64,000 nucleotides of DNA from Nitrosospira sp. GTDB taxonomy: Bacteria; Pseudomonadota; Gammaproteobacteria; Burkholderiales; Nitrosomonadaceae. The position numbers were made by a program, and so were the translations under genes. The notes beneath the pieces were generated by a model. That model saw only the letters and a list, made by a program, of their open reading frames with translations, searched no databases and was not told where the DNA came from. The DNA lies in assembly GCA_013821425.1 (NCBI GenBank), contig JACDGV010000006.1:10146-74145 (forward strand), given 5' to 3'. This document shows, one piece after another, positions 57,165 to 64,000 of the stretch (positions within the stretch are counted from its first letter, which is position 1; each line of letters begins with the position of its first letter).

Positions 57165-59132
57165 ATGAAAAATACATTCAGTTCGCGTTTTGGCGGTCCT
57201 TTCCCATCATTCTCGGAGGCGGATGGCCAACCCTGGTATTCCTCCCGCAGATTCATCATCTTTGCTGTGGCATTTTTAGTAAGCGCCGCCATTACCCTTG
57301 CTTACAGTTACAGCCGCCCGGTCGTGTACCGCAGCAGTGCCACATTATTAACTTCGGCAATGACCGCCATCGACCGTGGAAGTGCCGATGCGGATATTCA
57401 ACACGTTGCTATCCAGCGACAAATCCTGTTGGGGCATGAACTTGCTGCCGAAACTCTGGCAAGGCTAAAAGCGTCAGTCCCGGATGAATTTTTGCTCCAG
57501 TTGAAGGCGTCGGATATTCAGAACTTGTTGAACGTGGAGGCGGTACCCGATACCAACCTTGTCGAAATGAGGGCCGAAGGTTCCGATCCACGCTTTCTAC
57601 CTTTGCTCATCAATACGTGGATAGAGGTCTATCTGGATGCGCGCAACGAAGAAGTCAGAAGGTTGACCGGCGATACCACGCGGATTGTCGAGGACGAGCT
57701 CAAAGGCCTGAGCGAGAAAGTAAATGCAGCCCGCGCGGAGCTGGAGACCTTCAGAGAAAATCACGATATCTCTTCCACCGGGCGCGAGGAAAATGAGGCC
57801 TTAGCCCTTCTCAAAGGCTTGACCGAGTCCCTTAACAAAGCCAATGAAGATGAAGTCAAGGCGAGATCCAATCTGAATGCCATTAAGGTAGCGATCTCCA
57901 GGGGTAAGGCAGTGGTGCCCGATGATGAAAAGGGCAGTATGCTTGAACTCGAAAAGCGATTGCATGACTTGCGCGAAAAACTGGCGGACTTCGACCAGAA
58001 ATTTACCCGCGAGTATTTGGAGTTGCAACCCGATCTGAAGTCCATTCCGGTGCAGATCCGGGAACTCGAAATCGCGGTTCAGGATAAGCGGCAGCATGGT
58101 CAAAATGTGGTATTGAACGATGCGGAGATGGCTTATGCCGCCGCACAACAGACTGCCAGGGAAATCCGCGCCCAACTCAATGAACACAAGCATCAGGCAT
58201 CGGCGTTTACCTCGAAATTTGCCCAGCATGAGGCGTTGAAAACCGATCTGGAAGGGCTGGAGAAACTCTACCGTGAGGCGCAAGAGCGATTGGTGCAAGT
58301 CAGCACGAGCCGCAAGGAAAAATACCCGCAGGTAAGCGTTATAAACCAGGCATATGAACCCCGGAACCCAATAGGGCCTGACTACACCCGCGATGCCCTG
58401 ATCGCCATTGCGGGTTCTCTACTATTTGGCCTCTTCAGTGTGTGGATTTTTGAGTTTTTAACGCAAAGAAAAGAAGAACATCGTCCGATCGCTGTTTATG
58501 GGGTGCAGGGGTATCGCTCGGCTGCCGGGGAACTGCTCGAGCATTCCCAAGCCGCGCTCGGTATGGCGGAGAAGAAAAAAACCGGTTTCCTGGCAAGCCC
58601 TGCCTTAAGAAGAGAGCTATCCAGTCATCAGTTAAGGATTTTACTTCATGCTTCAAACGTGAAGGGGAAGCAACTGATCGGGTTGCTGCTCAGCGGCCTG
58701 ACGCTGGATGAGGCCGCGTCCCTAACACCGGAGCAGATCGATCTGGAGGCCTCTCTCATTACCGTTCCAGGGAAGCCTCCCCGAATTATCCCGATGAGTA
58801 CTTTCCTGCTATCGTTATTCATGCAATCAAACGGCTGTCCAGCCTGGAACTCGGAGGATCCTCAGACGCGCGTTGATCTTTCCTCCGCGCTGGTATGCGC
58901 TGCAGTGGACTCAGGTCTGCCTGATCCCGAGGAAATCAATCCCGAGGCCATTCGCCATAGTTATATTGCCTATCTCGTTCGCCAGGGACTGCGGTTATCG
59001 GACCTTGAGCAAGTTACCGGGGCCCTGGCGCCGGCTATCATTTCGAGTTACAGCGCTTATTCTCCTCCGTTACAAGGCCGGCCCATTTCCGAAATTGAGT
59101 TGCTTCACCCCGCGTTGGCGAATGTGGCGTAA
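57165..59132 (+). CDS. Polysaccharide co-polymerase (Wzz/GumC-type chain-length determinant) fused to a C-terminal tyrosine-recombinase-like domain
   Basis: 655-aa ORF. TM1 is aa 29-50, then a coiled-coil periplasmic region, then PQVSVINQAYEPRNPIGPD followed by TM2 (aa 410-432), as in PCP proteins. Residues 483-635 follow the integrase catalytic-domain pattern (LSSHQLRILL...GLTLDEAASLTPEQIDLE..ITVPGKPPRIIPM....INPEAIRHSYIAYLVRQGLRLSDLEQVTGA....YS). Confidence 0.85.
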   Translation: MKNTFSSRFGGPFPSFSEADGQPWYSSRRFIIFAVAFLVSAAITLAYSYSRPVVYRSSATLLTSAMTAIDRGSADADIQHVAIQRQILLGHELAAETLARLKASVPDEFLLQLKASDIQNLLNVEAVPDTNLVEMRAEGSDPRFLPLLINTWIEVYLDARNEEVRRLTGDTTRIVEDELKGLSEKVNAARAELETFRENHDISSTGREENEALALLKGLTESLNKANEDEVKARSNLNAIKVAISRGKAVVPDDEKGSMLELEKRLHDLREKLADFDQKFTREYLELQPDLKSIPVQIRELEIAVQDKRQHGQNVVLNDAEMAYAAAQQTAREIRAQLNEHKHQASAFTSKFAQHEALKTDLEGLEKLYREAQERLVQVSTSRKEKYPQVSVINQAYEPRNPIGPDYTRDALIAIAGSLLFGLFSVWIFEFLTQRKEEHRPIAVYGVQGYRSAAGELLEHSQAALGMAEKKKTGFLASPALRRELSSHQLRILLHASNVKGKQLIGLLLSGLTLDEAASLTPEQIDLEASLITVPGKPPRIIPMSTFLLSLFMQSNGCPAWNSEDPQTRVDLSSALVCAAVDSGLPDPEEINPEAIRHSYIAYLVRQGLRLSDLEQVTGALAPAIISSYSAYSPPLQGRPISEIELLHPALANVA

Positions 59133-59158
59133 ATAACGTGGCGTAAACAAGGGTGATT

Positions 59159-59179
59159 GCCGGGCTATCCGGCTTTTTT
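59159..59179 (+). terminator. Candidate rho-independent terminator after the co-polymerase gene
   Basis: GCCGG-GCTAT-CCGGC followed by TTTTTT, 27 nt after the stop at 59132. The stem is short (5 bp). Confidence 0.5.
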
Positions 59180-59247
59180 GCAGGTGAAATACGTGCCGCG
59201 TTGAGCCGCGGACTGGAAGGCGCGGTGGGGCGCTAAAGAGGTCTGTT

Positions 59248-60381
59248 TTATTGAGGCCGAGGGGCCACATTACTTGCGAACTTGTTTCCGTCCTCCATTC
59301 CCCTCAGCAGCGAAACGCGTTCCGCTTGCGGCAAACGGCTCAGTTCTCTTACGGCCGCGTAAAACTGGTCCATATTGCCTTTCTGTCGCGCGAGAAGGGC
59401 GTGAAATGCGGGAACGAGCTGCGTATAGGTCGAGACTGACGCAAGATGTGCGTTATTAAGGTATTGCCTCGGCCGGCGGTCGGGGTTGCTTAGTTTGGCC
59501 TTTCCAGTTCCTGTTCCCAAGGCGAACATTTTTTCGCTCAGTTCGGCATAGATGCGCGACTTGGCCGCACGTTTTTCATCGATGCTCGCACCGGAGGCAA
59601 ACAGATCTTCCAGTCGTTTCCGATAATTCAGCATGAGTGCGGCGGAAGCGGATTTCCTTTTTTGCGTGGCGTCAAATACCGCGCGTTGTTCGTCCGTTCC
59701 ATGCTCGTCCAGCCAGCGGGCTATACCTTCCAGTTCAACCGCGGTCGCGAAGGACTCGTTGAAGGTGCTGTCATCGCGCACATAGACCACCTGGTGGGCA
59801 AGCTCGTGAAATATCAATTGGGCGAACTCTGTATCAGAGTAGCCAAGGAAGGTATTAAGTATGGGGTCCTTGAACCACCCCAAAGTGGAGTACGTGCGGA
59901 CTCCGCCTACCGACACATCATAGCCTTTTTTCCTGAGGTCTTCAGCAAAGCGATTGGCTTCAGCCTCTGAGAAAAAGCCGCGATAACTGACGCAACCGGC
60001 GGCTACAAAACACCATCTTTCGGGTTCCAGGGATAGCTCCGGGGTGGCGGATACACTCCAGATCGCGTAGCGGCGCCCAATATCGGCATAGATAGTAAAG
60101 CTCTGATTATCCGGGAGCTTAAGCTCCCGCGTCGCAAATTCCCGTAGCTTGACCACGGCGGCAAGAGTCCGTTTCAATGCCGGATCGGTATCGGGATTCG
60201 CCACCATCGCTTGAATGGGCTGGACGCGGTTCCGGATAGCCAGGTGACCATCCACGGCTTGGGCGTAGTAGCCAAGATTAGCGCAGCCTCCGAGCCAGGC
60301 AGCGAGGCAAATTGCGGTAAGCGCGGTAAACCCCCCGGGCCTCGGAGGCTGTGCTGGGTACGAAGGTTTCAAAGTCACCAT
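59248..60381 (-). CDS. Putative zinc aminopeptidase lipoprotein (DUF2265-like)
   Basis: The track ORF extends to 60426. Lipobox AAWLGGC, and HExxH motif IFHELAHQVVYV. Confidence 0.83.
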   Translation of the reverse strand: MVTLKPSYPAQPPRPGGFTALTAICLAAWLGGCANLGYYAQAVDGHLAIRNRVQPIQAMVANPDTDPALKRTLAAVVKLREFATRELKLPDNQSFTIYADIGRRYAIWSVSATPELSLEPERWCFVAAGCVSYRGFFSEAEANRFAEDLRKKGYDVSVGGVRTYSTLGWFKDPILNTFLGYSDTEFAQLIFHELAHQVVYVRDDSTFNESFATAVELEGIARWLDEHGTDEQRAVFDATQKRKSASAALMLNYRKRLEDLFASGASIDEKRAAKSRIYAELSEKMFALGTGTGKAKLSNPDRRPRQYLNNAHLASVSTYTQLVPAFHALLARQKGNMDQFYAAVRELSRLPQAERVSLLRGMEDGNKFASNVAPRPQ

Positions 60382-60446
60382 GAGTGATGCGGCAATTGGT
60401 TGCGGATATCTGTAGTTTAACGCCAAGACTCACAAAAGTGGAAGCG

Positions 60447-61166
60447 CTACGGTGGTTTCGAATTGTGCATAAAATGACCATTCCGTAGAAATGAGCACGC
60501 CTGCCGCGCCAACTCACTGGATAACAGCATTTCCGAATGGCTTATGTTAAGTAGTATCTCATCGCTTGCGCCTGGAATCCGCGTTTCCTCGACTGTCACA
60601 ACGCCATCATTCGGGTAGGGCAAACGGGCTATCAGCCTGCCGCCGCCGACGCTCCTGTCCCCAGCGATCACGCCAAGCTCATATCGCTTATCGTATATTG
60701 GCGCCTCCGCCTGGTTCAGCCACTGTAGCATGCTGCGTCCAAGGATATAACGTCCGGCCCGGCGAAGGGAAATCTTCTTTGCAATGCAGCTCGCGTTGTA
60801 GGGGCTTCCTGCCAGGATGACGCGGCCGATTCGCTGCTCGGGAAATTGAGTAAGCATTTTCAGGATCAAAAGTCCACCAAGGCTGTGGCCGAAAAAGTGT
60901 AGGCGTCGCGCAGGTATCTCCGCCACGAAACGGGATAACACCGATGCATTTTGCGATAGGGACTGGCGCATCGAGGGATAAGAGAAGACGACAGGGGCAA
61001 ACCCGCAACGGCGCAACCTTATTCCCATCAGCTTCATGACCCAGCCGTGCATCCACAGGCCATGAACGAGAACTAACGTCTGGGGGCTACTGTTAGAGCA
61101 ATCCTTCGCATTCTTCAGATGGGCGGGGATTGATGGATCAAGTGGTGGTTCAGATGCAGGGGGCAT
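60447..61166 (-). CDS. Alpha/beta-fold hydrolase (lipase/esterase-like)
   Basis: 239-aa ORF. HGLWMHG, and the nucleophile elbow FFGHSLGGL. It lies immediately upstream of the aminopeptidase gene. Confidence 0.85.
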   Translation of the reverse strand: MPPASEPPLDPSIPAHLKNAKDCSNSSPQTLVLVHGLWMHGWVMKLMGIRLRRCGFAPVVFSYPSMRQSLSQNASVLSRFVAEIPARRLHFFGHSLGGLLILKMLTQFPEQRIGRVILAGSPYNASCIAKKISLRRAGRYILGRSMLQWLNQAEAPIYDKRYELGVIAGDRSVGGGRLIARLPYPNDGVVTVEETRIPGASDEILLNISHSEMLLSSELARQACSFLRNGHFMHNSKPP

Positions 61167-61243
61167 TTAAAAGAAGGGTGGAAAGCCCCCATCCCGGCAT
61201 GCTGGGGGATGACAACGCGAATCCGGGCGCGAAACTTTAAGGC

Positions 61244-61261
61244 CCGTCTGAATTCAGACGG
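61244..61261. repeat. 18-nt perfect palindrome CCGTCTGAATTCAGACGG
   Basis: Read directly in the sequence. It lies about 53 nt downstream of the His-rich gene stop and about 80 nt upstream of the hydrolase start. No U-tract follows it. Confidence 0.5.
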
Positions 61262-61313
61262 TACAGAAACTACCGAAACGAAGTGGAAAGAAACGGTTCT
61301 GATTGATTCAGAC

Positions 61314-61667
61314 TCACGCTGTCGTTACCGGGCCATGATCATCGCAATGGCCGTTATGCGGGTAATGGAGATGGCCATCGACCAGATAATCGAGATGGTC
61401 GCCATGCGGTACTGTTTCATGTCCGCACCCAGTTCCATGAACATGTTTCGCGGAGTGGCCCGCGCATTCATGCCCAGGGGTACAGTCTTCCGGGTTGAGC
61501 GGCGTTATGCCAATCACGTGTTCATCTATGTGACCGTCGTGCGGATGATGCAGATGGCTATCGTGCAGGTAGTCGATATGACCATCGTGCTCTATGCCGG
61601 TATGGCCACAGTGCGGGCCATGTGGATGAGTATGATCTTCGTGCTGGGGCAGGGTACAATTAGTCAT
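61314..61667 (-). CDS. Histidine-rich protein with an internal tandem duplication (putative metal-binding)
   Basis: 117-aa ORF with GAGGAA 6-7 nt before the ATG. It contains 27 His and 6 Cys. There are two units of about 35 aa: HGPHCGHTGIEHDGHIDYLHDSHLHHPHDGHIDEH and HGTGCGHETVPHGDHLDYLVDGHLHYPHNGHCDDH. Confidence 0.75.
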   Translation of the reverse strand: MTNCTLPQHEDHTHPHGPHCGHTGIEHDGHIDYLHDSHLHHPHDGHIDEHVIGITPLNPEDCTPGHECAGHSAKHVHGTGCGHETVPHGDHLDYLVDGHLHYPHNGHCDDHGPVTTA

Positions 61668-62042
61668 AGCTGTTCCTCATAAAAACTACATAACAGGCCG
61701 CCACAGAAGCGGTGCCCTGGGGGGTTGTGATAAAATCGATCGCTCCAGCCCTGCATTTCCCGGTGTTATCGTCGCAAACCAGCAACATCCCCGCGCTCGC
61801 GCATTGGCAGTTCTCCAATATTGCAACGCACCTTGGGCTGTTCAAGGCGATCAGTTCTGTTCGACAAATCCAGTGGGGTGCAGTTCCCGCTGCGAGTGCA
61901 GGGAAAGTGGAGTCAAGGTGAATTGATCGGGGCATGCGGGTTCCGCGATATACCTTGCTAGCAGACAAACAAACTTGGGTGGGAGTGAACGTTTGCTCAA
62001 CGGAGGTTTGCGCAACTGAAGAAGATACGGAAAGAAAAGAAA

Positions 62043-63470
62043 ATGATGACAGATAACCCATATCCCCCATATCCGAATTTGCCAGGTAATTTGATAATGG
62101 TGGGCTTCGGCAGTATCGGGCAGGCCGTGCTCCCGCTGCTGTTCCGCCATTTTGAGATGCGCCCGGAACAGGTCAGGATAGTTTCCGCCGGCGAGAACGG
62201 GCAGGAGGTCGCACAGGAGTTCGGCGTGGCATTTATTCCTCAAACCCTGACAGAAGCAAATTATCTTGCCGTGCTTGAACCTTGCCTGAAGAAAGGGGAC
62301 TTCCTCCTCAATTTGTCGGTGGATGTCTCCAGCATGGCTCTCATAGAGTTATGCTGGCGGCTGGACGTGCTCTATCTGGACACCTGCATTGAACCCTGGC
62401 CTGGAGGCTACACCGACACGTCTGTATCGCCATCATTGCGGTCAAATTACGCTTTGCGTGAAAAAGCCCTGGCGTTCAGACGCGAAAAGCGTGGAGGTCC
62501 CACCGCGCTCGTGGCACACGGGGCGAATCCGGGCCTGGCTTCAGCCTTCGTCAAGCAGGCGTTACTGAATATTGCGACCGACACCGGTGTGGCTGCAGAG
62601 AAACCCGCAAGCCGCAGGAACTGGGCCGAACTGGCGCGCCGCCTCGATATAAAGGTGATTCATATCGCGGAGCAGGATACCCAGATCAGCAGCCGGCCCA
62701 AGCTGCGCGATGAGTTTGTGAATACCTGGTCGGTCGATGGGTTGGCAGGCGAGAGCCTTCAACCTTCCGAGTTGGGATGGGGCACCCATGAGCGCCATTG
62801 GCCGCAGGACGGAGCAAGGCACGAATTTGGCGATAACGCGGCCATTTATCTCAATCGCCCGGGCGCCGCTACACGTGTGCGAAGCTGGGTTCCTCTCGGT
62901 GGTTCATACCATGGTTTTCTGATCACGCATGGTGAGTCCATTTCCATCGCTGATTACCTTACATTGAAAGAAAACACCCACGTAATCTACCGGCCCACGG
63001 TGCACTATGCTTATCATCCCTGCCCCGACGCCGTGCTTTCGGTTCACGAATTTGCCGGCAGGAACTGGCGCGCGCAGTTACAAGAGCGAGTGATACGCGA
63101 TGAAATAGTGGACGGCCTGGATGAATTGGGCGTGCTGTTGATGGGGCATGCCAGGCGCTCGTATTGGTTTGGGTCGCGCTTGTCGATCGAGCAAGCCCGG
63201 CAACTTGCCCCATATAACAACGCAACCAGTTTGCAGGTTGTGGCCGGCGTTCTGGCTGGCATGGTGTGGGCAATCCTAAACCCCAATGCAGGCCTTGTGG
63301 AGCCCGACGAAATCGATCATCAATTAATACTTGAGGTTTCCCGCCCATACCTAGGCGAGGTAGTGGGAGTGTACAGCGATTGGACACCCCTGCGCGACAG
63401 GGAGTGGCCTTTCCCTGAGGATTTGGATCGGGACGACCCCTGGCAATTCAAGAATATCCTGGTAACATGA
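62043..63470 (+). CDS. hss: Homospermidine synthase
   Basis: 475-aa ORF. It matches recalled bacterial Hss almost end to end: IMVGFGSIGQ, GANPGL.S.FVKQALLNIA, VNTWSV.G, YRPT.HYAYHPC.DAVLS.HE, DELGVLL.GH, LQV.AGVLAGMVWA..NPNAGLVE, GVYSDWTPL, DPWQFKNILV. Confidence 0.93.
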   Translation: MMTDNPYPPYPNLPGNLIMVGFGSIGQAVLPLLFRHFEMRPEQVRIVSAGENGQEVAQEFGVAFIPQTLTEANYLAVLEPCLKKGDFLLNLSVDVSSMALIELCWRLDVLYLDTCIEPWPGGYTDTSVSPSLRSNYALREKALAFRREKRGGPTALVAHGANPGLASAFVKQALLNIATDTGVAAEKPASRRNWAELARRLDIKVIHIAEQDTQISSRPKLRDEFVNTWSVDGLAGESLQPSELGWGTHERHWPQDGARHEFGDNAAIYLNRPGAATRVRSWVPLGGSYHGFLITHGESISIADYLTLKENTHVIYRPTVHYAYHPCPDAVLSVHEFAGRNWRAQLQERVIRDEIVDGLDELGVLLMGHARRSYWFGSRLSIEQARQLAPYNNATSLQVVAGVLAGMVWAILNPNAGLVEPDEIDHQLILEVSRPYLGEVVGVYSDWTPLRDREWPFPEDLDRDDPWQFKNILVT

Positions 63471-63549
63471 CCGCGGGCAAAGACGGGAGTTCATACGCAA
63501 GGGCTTTGCTGTGCCAAGTAGCGTGACAACCCTTCCTCCCAGCCCGTTT

Positions 63550-63584
63550 TTGTCCACAATTGTTGTGGATAAGTTTGTGGGTAA
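63550..63584. promoter_or_regulatory. Cluster of three DnaA-box-like 9-mers
   Basis: TTGTCCACA (1 mismatch to TTATCCACA) at 63550-58, TGTGGATAA (perfect, opposite orientation) at 63564-72, and TGTGGGTAA (1 mismatch) at 63576-84. An AT-rich tract of about 130 nt follows immediately. Confidence 0.4.
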
Positions 63585-64000
63585 CCTATGAACACGGCAG
63601 GTAAGTCATCTTTTTGTAACAATATTTACTCAGTTGGCTAGTTTTTGTGCTTTATAATAACTTATGTAGATTCAACACCTTAGGTGAAAAGGTATAGTTT
63701 TAGCCGTTTTGTAGCCCCAATTTCGCCGATCACCGGAGGGTCCCGCTCCTGGGTGAGATGGATGTGGATTAATTCCCAAATGTCAAGATAAACCTGCTCG
63801 ATTAGCCTAGGCTCCGTGTCCTCCAGATGTCAGCCGGAAGCCTGGAGACAGCGGAGTGATGCTTGGGGTGCTGGTGTGTCCGGGGGGCCAAGCTTATGAC
63901 AGTAGCGGTCCCGGAGCGGTTCCGAAAATGATGTTGGCAGCGGTGCGGCTTCATTTCGTAACTGTGTCCGCTCTCGCCGCCGTACTTGCCGAGACGGCCC

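Noticed and set aside
61209-61682. 157-aa plus-strand ORF, Met/Val/Ala-rich (MAVMRVMEMAI...)
   Set aside because: It is the mirror image of the His-rich gene, because CAT/CAC His codons read as ATG/GTG on the other strand. It lacks an SD, whereas the minus-strand ORF has one and shows an ordered protein repeat.
63857-64000. Possible plus-strand ORF start (GTG ATG CTT GGG...) running off the right edge
   Set aside because: Fewer than 50 codons are visible, with no SD and no recognisable motif, so it cannot be supported.
1-64000. Looked for CRISPR arrays, rRNA/tRNA genes, IS elements/transposases and integrases
   Set aside because: I found no spaced direct-repeat arrays, no T-loop/acceptor structures, and no transposase or active-looking integrase ORFs. 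The only integrase-like sequence is the degenerate domain fused to the co-polymerase.

Overview
64-kb chromosomal segment from a proteobacterium. All calls rest on motif and family recognition by eye; no searches were run. Motif coordinates I derived by hand may be off by 1-2 nt.

Backbone, minus strand: recO'-era-rnc-lepB-lepA, then a glutaredoxin-like gene and degP/mucD. After an interruption come rseB-rseA-rpoE, divergent from nadB. The interruption (about 6.5-12.9 kb, plus strand) is a TonB-dependent receptor, an ABC ATPase and two DUF3526-type permeases. The second permease is frameshifted in a T7 run.

The centre holds a tightly coupled Pel exopolysaccharide locus (22.2-33.1 kb) ordered pelA, pelB-like, pelD, pelE, pelF, pelG. 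It has no pelC, and the PelB-like protein lacks a recognisable C-terminal porin.

Downstream, in order:
- yqjG, then about 1 kb of decayed sequence holding an ATP-grasp gene remnant
- a di-haem plus tri-haem cytochrome c pair
- CHRD and CreA genes
- a same-strand PLD / unknown / DyP peroxidase / PLD cluster
- an orphan NinX-like gene
- a large Cache-PAS-GGDEF-EAL sensor
- an enolase-superfamily pseudogene next to a kinase-like gene and a HAD hydrolase
- PoxB-like, FAD oxidoreductase and DOPA-dioxygenase genes
- an orphan Wzz/GumC-type co-polymerase whose cytoplasmic C-terminus looks like a catalytically degenerate tyrosine-recombinase domain
- an aminopeptidase and an alpha/beta-hydrolase
- a 23% histidine tandem-repeat protein
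- homospermidine synthase
- a cluster of DnaA-box-like 9-mers next to an AT-rich tract

I found no rRNA, tRNA, CRISPR array, transposase or intact prophage.
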